This document shows positions 44,443 through 52,285 of a stretch of 64,000 nucleotides of DNA, piece after piece (position 1 is the first letter of the stretch; the number at the start of each line of letters is the position of its first letter). The notes below the pieces were generated by a model that had not been told where the DNA came from, did no database searches, and was given only the letters and a program-made list of their open reading frames with translations. Made by a program: the position numbers and the translations under genes. Location: contig CAWCUS010000001.1 of the NCBI GenBank assembly GCA_963798845.1, positions 631,850 through 695,849 of the forward strand, given 5' to 3'. Origin of the DNA: an uncultured Gemmatimonadales bacterium. Its GTDB lineage: Bacteria > Gemmatimonadota > Gemmatimonadetes > Longimicrobiales > RSA9.

Positions 44443-44558
44443 GGTACCTCCGCGGGGCGTGCCGTGGCCCCGGCACGAGTCTCCTGCCAATGTACATCCG
44501 GAAGCCGCCGTGCGGCAAGGACCTCGGCGTCACGGCTTCAACGTTTTCCCCGCCGGGA

Positions 44559-47162
44559 TCAGGACGGCGGGGGGGAGCCGGCCCGCTCGGGCACCGGAAC
44601 GGAGTCCTGGAACGGCGTCGAGTCCGGCACCGAATCCGGGCCCACTGCCGAATCCGGCACCGGGGTCGAATCCGGCCCCGGGGTCGGGGCCGGCATGAGC
44701 CGGGAGTCCGGCAGTCGCACGGAATCCGGGAGAGGCAGCGAGTCGGGAGCCGGGATCGAATCCGTGACCAGCACGGTGTCGGGCTCCGGCAGCGAATCCG
44801 GGAAGGGGAAGGAGTCCACGGGGATGCCCAGCGGTGCGGTGTCGGGCGGGCTCACCCCCTGTCCCTCGCGCGGGAGACGCGGCCGTCCGAGGTAGCGCTC
44901 CTGCTGCCGCTCCCGTTCCTCCTCGCCCTGGCCGAAGAGCCCTGCGACGAAGTGCCCCAGGCGGGCGAACGCGTGACGGATCCCCTGGATGAGGCGCCCG
45001 AAGAAGCCGCGCTCGGCCTCGCCGGCGGGACAAATGGTGGCCGGCACATCGGACTTGAGGAAGAGTTCGGTGCGCGCCTTCCCCTTCTCGGGGCGACACC
45101 CGTCCGCCAGGACGAGACCGCTGCCGGGGTCGATCCGCCGTTCCACCACGGACGAGGGCCGTTCCCAGGCGTCGGGTCTGTCCCGCCTCCGGTAGGCGGC
45201 GCGGACGATCCGCCCCCAGACCGGCGCGGCCAGCTCGCCCCCGGTCGCGCCGGCGGCGATCGGCTGCGGCCTGTCGAGGCCGATCCACACGCCCCCCGCC
45301 AGGTCCGGCGTGTACCCCACGAACCACGCGTCGAAGCCCTCGTTGGTGGTCCCCGTCTTCCCCGCGGCCGGTGCGCGCACGCCGGCCTCCCGGACGGCGT
45401 GACCGGTGCCCCGGTCCACGACGTCGCGCAGCAGGCTCGTCACCAGGTAGGCGACGCCGGGCGAGAACGCCCGGTGCCGCTTCGGCCGTGCCCGCCAGAC
45501 CACCTTTCCGGTGGTGTCCTCCACGCTCGTCACCAGGCGCGGCCGCACGGCCCGGCCCTCCGCGGAGAACGCGGTGTAGGCCGCGGTCAGATCAATGAGC
45601 GGAATGCCAATGGCGCCCAGGGCCAGCGACGGCAGGATCACCATCTGCTCCTGGACCCCGGCGTCCTTCGCCGCCCGCACCACGTCGTCCAGACCCACCG
45701 CGAGGGCGAGCCGAGCGGTAGCGATGTTGACGGAGTGGACTGCCGCTTCCCGCATGGTCACGTCCCCGCCGGAGCGGCCGCTGAAGTTCTGCGGCTCCCA
45801 CACCTCGCCACCCGGGAGCTTCACCACCAGCGGCTCGTCACTCAGCCGCTGGCTGGGCGCGTAGCCGTTGCGCAGCGCGGCGGCGAAGACGAACGGCTTG
45901 AACGCGCTGCCCACCTGACGCCTCGCCTGGGTGGCGCGGTCGTACGGGGAGTCGTCGAAGTCGCGGCCACCCACCAGCGCCAGCACATCCCCGCTGTCCG
46001 ACCGCATGACCACGGCCGCCCCCTGCAGGTAGCGCGTCCCGGCCGAGTCCACCGCGTCCGCTTCCCCGTAGCGCTTCTCCCCGCGATAGCGGCCGTACGC
46101 CCCTCTCTCGATCGACGCCAGCTGCCGCCTGACCTCCCGCTCGGCCGCGCGCTGGAGCGCCGGGTCCAGCGTGGTGTGGATGCGGAGCGGGCCGGCGTAC
46201 AGCCCGTCGCCCAGCTGCCGCTCCAGCAGGCGGCGCACCGCCCGAATGAAGTAGGGAGCCGGCCCTGGCTTCTCGTCCGGCAGCGGTCGCTCACGGACGA
46301 CGCGGAGCCGCGTCGATTTCGCCTCGTCCGCCGAGTCCCCCGACACCCGCCCCTGTGCCGCCATGAGCGAAAGCACCAGGTCACGCCGCTCCTTCGCGCG
46401 ATCGGGATGCTCGCGCGGATCGTAGCTGTTGGGCGCTTTCGGCATGGCCGCCAGCGTGGCCGCCTGCGCCAGCGTCAGCTCCTCGGCCGGGCGGCCGAAG
46501 TAGGCCCTCGCTGCCCTCTCGATGCCGTAGACCGCCCCGCCGAAGTAGATGTGGTTGAGATACAGCTCCAGGATGTCGTGCTTGCTGAAGCGGTCCTCGA
46601 TCTCCCCGGCCACGCGCATCTCCAGCAGCTTTCGCGTCAGCGTCTGCTCCTGCCCCGGCAGCCGGCCCGGAAAGACGTTCCTCGCCAGCTGCATCGTGAT
46701 CGTGCTGCCGCCCTGTGCCGCGCCGCCCGCGCGCACGTCCGCCAGAAACGATCCCGCCATGCGACGCCAGTCCACCCCGCCGTGCTCGTAATATCGGCGG
46801 TCCTCCACCGCCACGAACGCTGCCGGGACGTAGCCCGGGAGCGAGTCCAGCGCCACCAGCGCGCGAGACACGGGGGCCAGTCGCGCCACCTCGTCTCCGT
46901 TGCGGTCCAGGACCACGGGCGCTCCGCCGGGCTGCAGCGCCGCCAGCCGCTCCACTGCCGGGCAGCCGCGCAGCCCGCACGTCTGCCACGTCAGCCAGGC
47001 GAACAGCACTGACACGCCCGCGGCCACCAGCACCCAGCGCAGCGGTGGCGGCCAGTGCAGACCGCCGCCGCGCCAAATGGTAGGGTCGCGCCGCCACAGC
47101 GCGCCCAGCATCCGACGCAGCCGCCCGGGAATGGTTCGTGCACTCGTTTGCATTCGACTCAT
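44559..47162 (-). CDS. Class A penicillin-binding protein (PBP1A family: GT51 transglycosylase plus transpeptidase) with a PDS-repeat C-terminal tail
   Basis: GT51 motifs (EDRRYYEHGGVD, GGSTITMQLARN). Transpeptidase motifs SAFKPF (SxxK), HSVN (SxN) and KTGTT. The start is uncertain (47162, 47189 or 47111). Confidence 0.9.
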   Translation of the reverse strand: MSRMQTSARTIPGRLRRMLGALWRRDPTIWRGGGLHWPPPLRWVLVAAGVSVLFAWLTWQTCGLRGCPAVERLAALQPGGAPVVLDRNGDEVARLAPVSRALVALDSLPGYVPAAFVAVEDRRYYEHGGVDWRRMAGSFLADVRAGGAAQGGSTITMQLARNVFPGRLPGQEQTLTRKLLEMRVAGEIEDRFSKHDILELYLNHIYFGGAVYGIERAARAYFGRPAEELTLAQAATLAAMPKAPNSYDPREHPDRAKERRDLVLSLMAAQGRVSGDSADEAKSTRLRVVRERPLPDEKPGPAPYFIRAVRRLLERQLGDGLYAGPLRIHTTLDPALQRAAEREVRRQLASIERGAYGRYRGEKRYGEADAVDSAGTRYLQGAAVVMRSDSGDVLALVGGRDFDDSPYDRATQARRQVGSAFKPFVFAAALRNGYAPSQRLSDEPLVVKLPGGEVWEPQNFSGRSGGDVTMREAAVHSVNIATARLALAVGLDDVVRAAKDAGVQEQMVILPSLALGAIGIPLIDLTAAYTAFSAEGRAVRPRLVTSVEDTTGKVVWRARPKRHRAFSPGVAYLVTSLLRDVVDRGTGHAVREAGVRAPAAGKTGTTNEGFDAWFVGYTPDLAGGVWIGLDRPQPIAAGATGGELAAPVWGRIVRAAYRRRDRPDAWERPSSVVERRIDPGSGLVLADGCRPEKGKARTELFLKSDVPATICPAGEAERGFFGRLIQGIRHAFARLGHFVAGLFGQGEEERERQQERYLGRPRLPREGQGVSPPDTAPLGIPVDSFPFPDSLPEPDTVLVTDSIPAPDSLPLPDSVRLPDSRLMPAPTPGPDSTPVPDSAVGPDSVPDSTPFQDSVPVPERAGSPPPS
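44577..44849 (-). repeat. Degenerate in-frame tandem repeat encoding the x-P-D-S tail of PBP1A
   Basis: The last ~96 codons contain 8 exact PDS tripeptides plus PDT, VDS, TDS and QDS variants. At DNA level the plus strand shows recurring GAATCCGG/GAGTCCGG units. Confidence 0.8.
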
Positions 47163-47183
47163 GCCAAACAGGGAGTCGGAAAT

Positions 47184-47555
47184 ATGCACAAACTATGCAG
47201 CGTTCGCGCCGGCACGCTCGTCGCCCTCCTCGCCGCCGTCGCCCTGAGCGCCTGCGGCATGTTCGGCGGCAGCAATCAGCCCGAGCCCGCCTTCGCCACC
47301 GTCACGATCAACAACGACAGTCCCACGACCGTCACCGCCTATGCCGTCCGCTCCAGCGGCGTGCGGTATCGCCTCGGCACCGTGCCGGGCCTGACGGAAA
47401 AGGACTTCGACCTGCGCTCCGACATGGTCGGCCCCACGGGCGAGATGCAGCTGGTTGTGGACGTTCTCGGAACTTCCCGCATCTACTCGTCCGATCAGGT
47501 CTTCATCGAGCAGGGCGACAGCGTCGAGTTCACGGTCAGCCACATGGTGCGGTAG
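47184..47555 (+). CDS. Hypothetical small lipoprotein
   Basis: MHKLCSVRAGTLVALLAAVALSAC lipobox. 123 aa. Codon position 3 is coding-like. Divergent from PBP1A. Confidence 0.6.
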   Translation: MHKLCSVRAGTLVALLAAVALSACGMFGGSNQPEPAFATVTINNDSPTTVTAYAVRSSGVRYRLGTVPGLTEKDFDLRSDMVGPTGEMQLVVDVLGTSRIYSSDQVFIEQGDSVEFTVSHMVR

Positions 47556-47916
47556 AGCCGGCCTGCCTGTCCGGCTTCCCGGCCTGCCGCTTCCATCGCT
47601 TTATTACCCCCCGTAACATATCTTCAGCGAACCGGGGGCATCCGTCTCCCGGCTCGGCCGCGGGACGCGGCAGGAGAGGCATCGTGGCTACGCAGGGAGG
47701 CCGTTTCACGCGGTCGCTTCCTGGCAAGCGGTCGCCGTGCGGCGTTGCACACCACGAGCCGGGGCATGCCCCGACCTACGGGGCGCCCCAGTTCCCTGCC
47801 CTATCCCACAGACGCGGCCGACGCGCGTTCCCAGTCCTTCGAGACCGACCTGATCCGTCTCCGGCTCGCAACCGGGGAACGCGCGCGTACCCATTCCATC
47901 CCGGGGAGAGATCGTA

Positions 47917-48534
47917 ATGCCGACGCAGACAAAGGAGCGGGATTCCACGCTGATGAAGATCCCACAGGACCTCATCGAGCGGGGCCGCGGACTCGCGGGC
48001 ATGGGGCACGACGTATGGCTTGCCGGCCTCGGCGCCTTCGCGGCGGTCGAGGAGGAGGGAAGCGCGCTGTACGACAGACTGGTGAAGCGGGGTCGGACCG
48101 TGGAGAAGAGCGGGCGCAAGCGCGTCGAGGAGATGCGCGAGGAGATGGAGGACCGGCAGCAGAAGGTGACGCACGGGCTCGAGGAGAGGGTGTACGACCC
48201 GATCATGAACGCGCTCCGCTCGTTCGGTGTGCCGACCCGTCGCGAGATCCGGGAGCTGACGGGGAAGGTGGACGCGTTGACCCGTCAGGTGCAGGTGCTG
48301 GTCAGCCAGATGCCGGGCGCCGCGCCGGGAGAGTACGAAACGTACTACGTCATGGCGCGCGAGGACACGTGGATCGTGGGGCGGGAGGGCGCCGACGAGC
48401 CGCTGTTCGTCGAGCCGACCAAGGAGCTGGCGCTGGAGCGGGCCAGGCAGGTGGTGCACAGCCAGGCGCCGAGCCGCCTGCACGTGTACCGCCGTGACGG
48501 CAGCATCCAGGACACGTTCACGTACGAAGAGTGA
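47917..48534 (+). CDS. Phasin-like (PHA-granule-associated protein family) N-terminal domain fused to a C-terminal DUF2188-like domain
   Basis: The N-terminus (HDVWLAGLGAFAAVEEEGSALYDRLVKRGRTVEKSGRKRVEEM + coiled coil) matches the PhaF/PhaI-type phasin pattern. The C-terminus (YYVMAREDTWIVGREGADEPLFVEPTKELALERARQVVHSQAPSRLHVYRRDGSIQDTFTY) matches the DUF2188 pattern. ATG is preceded by GGGGAGAG. Confidence 0.7.
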   Translation: MPTQTKERDSTLMKIPQDLIERGRGLAGMGHDVWLAGLGAFAAVEEEGSALYDRLVKRGRTVEKSGRKRVEEMREEMEDRQQKVTHGLEERVYDPIMNALRSFGVPTRREIRELTGKVDALTRQVQVLVSQMPGAAPGEYETYYVMAREDTWIVGREGADEPLFVEPTKELALERARQVVHSQAPSRLHVYRRDGSIQDTFTYEE

Positions 48535-48537
48535 CCC

Positions 48538-49785
48538 GTGGCCGCCAGCCGCGTCGGCTTGGCGTGCGCGGGCGGCGTCGTCGAGGGGGCGTTCTACGAG
48601 ATCGGGGTCCTGTGCGCCCTCGATGAGGCCGTCGAGGGGCTCGATCTGACCGCGCTCGACGTCTACGTGGGCGTCAGCGCGGGCGCCATCCTCACGGCGT
48701 GCCTGGCCAACGGGATCCCACCCCGGGACGTGGCCCGGGCGATGCTCTCGGTGGAGGCATCCCCGGACGCCCTCGCTCCCGAGGCGGTGTTCCGCCCGGC
48801 GCTGGCCACCTACGCCGCCCGCGCGGCGGGAGTGCCCGTGCGCGTCCTGGGCGCCATCGCCCGCTACGCTGCGGACCCCCGCGACATCTCGCTCTTCGGC
48901 TCGCTCCTGGAGCTGGCCACGGCGCTGCCGGTGGGGCTGTTCGACAACCGGCCGCTGGAGCAGCACCTCGCACGCGTGTTCTCCGCCGAGGGCCGCACCA
49001 ACGACTTCCGGGAGCTCCCCGCCACGCTGCGCATCGTGGCGGTCAATCTGGACACGGCGGAGCTGGTGGCCTTCGGCGACGACGCCACCGCCCACGTCCC
49101 CATCTCCCGGGCTGTCCAGGCCAGCTCCGCGCTCCCGCTGATGTATCTCCCCGTTGAAATCGACGGGGAGTATTACATCGACGGAGTGGCGAGGCGGACG
49201 CTGAACGCGAGCCAGGCGCTCCAGGCGGGCGTGGACCTGCTTCTGTGCGTGAACCCCATCGTCCCTCTGGACCTGCGCATTCCGGGCGACGACGGCGTGC
49301 GCCATCCCAGCCTCGTCCACAGCGGGCTCCCTGCCGTGCTCTCGCAGACGTTTCGGACCATGATCCATTCGCGGATGGTGACGGGGTTCCGGAACTACGC
49401 GTTTCTGTACCCCGACGCCGACGTCGTGCTGCTGGAGCCCGAGGCCGGCGACCGGACGATGTTCTTCACGAACATCTTCAGCTTCTCCCACCGCCACGAG
49501 GTGATGCACCACGGCTACGCGACGGCGCGCGGCTGGCTGCTGCGCAACGCCGGCCGTCTGGAGCCCGTGTTCCGCCGCCACGGCATGCGCCTGCGGGAGA
49601 GCGTGCTGACGGAGGACCGGCGCCTGGCGGTGGAGCGGCGACCGCTGCCCGGCGCGCGCGAGCTCGTGGGCCGCGCCAGCGCTGCGCTGGACGAGCTCTC
49701 GAGTGCCCTCGATCGGCTCCGCGCGAGGGGGGGCGGCACGAGCCGGAGGGGCGGTGCGGTCGGCTCCCCGCGGCGGCGCGGGTGA
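48538..49785 (+). CDS. Patatin-like phospholipase/lipase
   Basis: Oxyanion region (LACAGGVVEGAFYEIGVL), nucleophile elbow GVSAG, catalytic Asp in YIDGV. The GTG start lies 3 nt after the upstream stop. Confidence 0.85.
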   Translation: MAASRVGLACAGGVVEGAFYEIGVLCALDEAVEGLDLTALDVYVGVSAGAILTACLANGIPPRDVARAMLSVEASPDALAPEAVFRPALATYAARAAGVPVRVLGAIARYAADPRDISLFGSLLELATALPVGLFDNRPLEQHLARVFSAEGRTNDFRELPATLRIVAVNLDTAELVAFGDDATAHVPISRAVQASSALPLMYLPVEIDGEYYIDGVARRTLNASQALQAGVDLLLCVNPIVPLDLRIPGDDGVRHPSLVHSGLPAVLSQTFRTMIHSRMVTGFRNYAFLYPDADVVLLEPEAGDRTMFFTNIFSFSHRHEVMHHGYATARGWLLRNAGRLEPVFRRHGMRLRESVLTEDRRLAVERRPLPGARELVGRASAALDELSSALDRLRARGGGTSRRGGAVGSPRRRG

Positions 49786-49796
49786 GGAGGCGAGGC

Positions 49797-50993
49797 ATGG
49801 CATCGCGCACGCGGATCCTCCTGTTCACCGGCAAGGGCGGTGTGGGAAAGACCACGTGCGCGGCGGCCACGGCCGTTCGCGCCGCGGAGCTGGGGCACCG
49901 GACGCTGGTGCTTTCGTCGGACCCGGCGCACTCGCTGGCGGACGCGCTGGACCTGCCGCTCGGCCCGGAGCCCACGGAAGTGTTCCCGGGTCTGCACGCG
50001 CAGGAGCTCGACCTCTACTACTCCATGAACAAGCACTGGGGCAACATCCGGGAGCTGCTGCTGGTGATGTTCAAGTGGCAGGGCGTCGAGCGGGTGGCGG
50101 CCGAGGAGATGGCGGCGCTGCCCGGGATGAGCGAGGGGGCCGCGCTCCTCTGGATCGACCAGCTGCACGGCTCGGGCGACTATGACCTCATCGTCGTGGA
50201 CAGCGCGCCGACGGGCGAGACGCTCACCCTCCTCACCCTGCCCCAGGTCACGGAGTGGTGGGTGAAGCGGGCGCTCCCATTCCAGCGCTTCGCCGTGAAG
50301 ACGGCCGGCTTCGCCATGCGAAAGGCGGCGGGGATCCCGCTGGACCGTGCGTACGCGGAGCTGGAGTCGCTGGTGACCCACCTGGAAGCGGTACGGGACC
50401 TCCTGACGGACCCCGACACATCGTCGATCCGGCTGGTGCTCAACCCGGAACGGATGGTGATCCAGGAAGGGCGGCGCGCCTTCGCATACCTCCAGCTGTA
50501 CGGCTACAACATCGACGCCGCGCTGGTGAATCGGATCCTGCCGGAGGAGGGAGTCGGCGACGCGCTCCAGGGCTACCTGGACGCCCAGCGCGGCTACCTG
50601 ACCGAGATCCAGGAGGCGTTCGCGCCACTCCCGATCCTGCACGCCCCGCACCGCGGCCGGGAGGTGTTCGGGGTGGACATGCTCCGCCGCCTGGGGACGG
50701 AGCTCTACGGTGACCGCGATCCGACGTACGTCTTCTACCGCGGCGAGCCGTACCGTCTGGTGAGCGAGGACGGCGGCTACCGGCTCGACCTTCGGCTCCC
50801 CGAGAGCGCGGCCGGGCAGGTCACGGCCCGGCACGCGGGCGACGAAGTGGTCCTCCAGCTCGGAAACCAGCGCCGCAACTATTCGCTCCCCCGATTCCTC
50901 GCCTACTACACCCTGACCGGCACCCGCTTCGAGCAGGGATGGTTCCGCATCCGGTTCGAGCCCGTGGCGGGCCGCGCGAAGGAGGCAGAATGA
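49797..50993 (+). CDS. ArsA/Get3(TRC40)-family ATPase with a C-terminal HSP20-like (ArsA_HSP20) domain
   Basis: Deviant Walker A (FTGKGGVGKTT), SSDPAHSL, DSAPTGETL switch region. C-terminal alpha-crystallin-like strands (YRLDLRLPESAAGQVTARHAGDEVVLQLGNQRRNYSLPRFL...GWFRIRF). SD is GAGGAGG. Confidence 0.85.
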   Translation: MASRTRILLFTGKGGVGKTTCAAATAVRAAELGHRTLVLSSDPAHSLADALDLPLGPEPTEVFPGLHAQELDLYYSMNKHWGNIRELLLVMFKWQGVERVAAEEMAALPGMSEGAALLWIDQLHGSGDYDLIVVDSAPTGETLTLLTLPQVTEWWVKRALPFQRFAVKTAGFAMRKAAGIPLDRAYAELESLVTHLEAVRDLLTDPDTSSIRLVLNPERMVIQEGRRAFAYLQLYGYNIDAALVNRILPEEGVGDALQGYLDAQRGYLTEIQEAFAPLPILHAPHRGREVFGVDMLRRLGTELYGDRDPTYVFYRGEPYRLVSEDGGYRLDLRLPESAAGQVTARHAGDEVVLQLGNQRRNYSLPRFLAYYTLTGTRFEQGWFRIRFEPVAGRAKEAE

Positions 50994-52285
50994 CCGCGCC
51001 CACGACCACCGCCCAATCCCCAGGGACGACGCCGTCCGCCGCCGCAGCGCTGGACTCGCCGACGAGATCCCGTGCGGTGCGCCGTCCGGCCCAGGTCCCG
51101 CTGCCCCCGCCGTCGCGGCCCACGCGCATCCCGCGCGAGAACGACGACTACGGCCCCAATGCCATCGCCCGGAGGCGTGCCTTCATCGAAGCGTCGAGCG
51201 GGGTGAGGCTCGAGCACGTCTCCGCCTGCTCCTTCGACCCGCGGCTGGCGGCGGGCAACTGCGAACACTTCACCGGCGTGGCCCAGGTGCCGCTCGGGTT
51301 CGCCGGACCGCTCCTGGTGCGCGGGGAGCACGCGGACGGCGAGTACCTGATCCCGCTCGCCACGTCGGAAGGGACGCTCGTCGCCTCGTACAACCGCGGC
51401 ATCCATACCCTCAACGCCGCCGGCGGCGTGCGGACCACGATCCTCGACGACGGCATGCAGCGCGCGCCTGCGTTCGTCCTGGCCGACGCCCGGGAAGGGC
51501 GCGACTTCGCTGCCTGGGTGGCCGACAACATCCCCGGCATCCGCACGGCCGCGGAAGCCACCTCGCGGGTGGCCAGGCTGCTTCACGTGGAGCCGTTCCT
51601 GGCCAGCCGGTTCGTGTTTCTTCGATTCAGCTTCGAGACGGGCGACGCGGCGGGGCAGAACATGGTCACGCGGGCTACAGCGGCCGCGTGCCAGTGGATC
51701 GTCCAGCAGTGCGGCGGGGTGGAGCGCTTCTTCCTGGAATCGAACCTCGCCTCCGACAAGAAGACGTCGCACGTGAACATGCTGCGTGGACGGGGGAAGC
51801 GGGTGACGGCCGAGGCGGTGGTGCCGCGGACGGTGCTGGAGGAGCGGATGCGGGCGTCGCCCGACACGCTGGTCGCGCACTACCACGCCAGCTCGGTGGG
51901 CGCATTCCTGGCCGGTCCCAGCAACAACGGCCTTCACACGGCCAACGCGCTCGCGGCCATGTTCATCGCGACAGGCCAGGACGCAGCCAGCGTGGGCGAG
52001 TGCTCCGCGGGGATCATCCACGTGGAGCTCGCCGGTCCCGACCGCGAGGACCTGTATGTGTCCATCACGCTCCCCTCCCTCATCGTGGCCACCCATGGGG
52101 GCGGGACGGGGCTGCCCACCCAGCGCGAGTGCCTGGAGGTCATGGGGTGCTATGGCCGGGGGAAGGTTCGGATGCTGGCGGAGATCGTGGCCGCCGTGGT
52201 GCTGGCGGGCGAGCTGTCGCTGGCCTGCGCGATCGCCTCCAACGAGTGGGTGGAAGCCCACGAACGCATGGGGAGGAACCGATGA
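50990..52285 (+). CDS. Soluble class-I-like HMG-CoA reductase
   Basis: NCEHFTGVAQVPLGFAGPL, PLATSEGTLVASYNRG, DAAGQNM, ATHGGGTGLPTQ, and a C-terminal catalytic His region. ATG overlaps the upstream stop (ATGA) and is preceded by GGAGG. The N-terminal ~45 aa are Pro/Ala/Thr-rich. Confidence 0.88.
   Translation: MTAPTTTAQSPGTTPSAAAALDSPTRSRAVRRPAQVPLPPPSRPTRIPRENDDYGPNAIARRRAFIEASSGVRLEHVSACSFDPRLAAGNCEHFTGVAQVPLGFAGPLLVRGEHADGEYLIPLATSEGTLVASYNRGIHTLNAAGGVRTTILDDGMQRAPAFVLADAREGRDFAAWVADNIPGIRTAAEATSRVARLLHVEPFLASRFVFLRFSFETGDAAGQNMVTRATAAACQWIVQQCGGVERFFLESNLASDKKTSHVNMLRGRGKRVTAEAVVPRTVLEERMRASPDTLVAHYHASSVGAFLAGPSNNGLHTANALAAMFIATGQDAASVGECSAGIIHVELAGPDREDLYVSITLPSLIVATHGGGTGLPTQRECLEVMGCYGRGKVRMLAEIVAAVVLAGELSLACAIASNEWVEAHERMGRNR

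Noticed and set aside
44577-44849. The tandem GAATCCGG-type repeats considered as a CRISPR array or non-coding satellite.
   Set aside because: The units are short, degenerate and unspaced, and lie in frame within the PBP1A coding sequence, where they encode the PDS tail. There are no CRISPR-like repeat/spacer periodicity and no cas genes.
47684-47917. A GTG-initiated 77-codon ORF upstream of the lipid operon. It has an AGGAG-like SD, and its TAA stop overlaps the phasin-like gene's ATG (TAATG).
   Set aside because: About a third of its third codon positions are A/T, close to the bulk composition and well below the strongly G/C third positions of neighbouring real genes. The product is Arg/Pro/Gly-rich with no motif. 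I treat 47556..47916 as an untranslated leader or promoter region, though the overlap makes ribosome-profiling data worth checking.
48538-49785. The patatin gene as a phage-defence effector (CBASS-like or similar).
   Set aside because: There is no cyclase/nucleotidyltransferase, no sensor, and no other defence-associated gene nearby. Instead the gene is embedded between lipid-metabolism and granule-associated genes.
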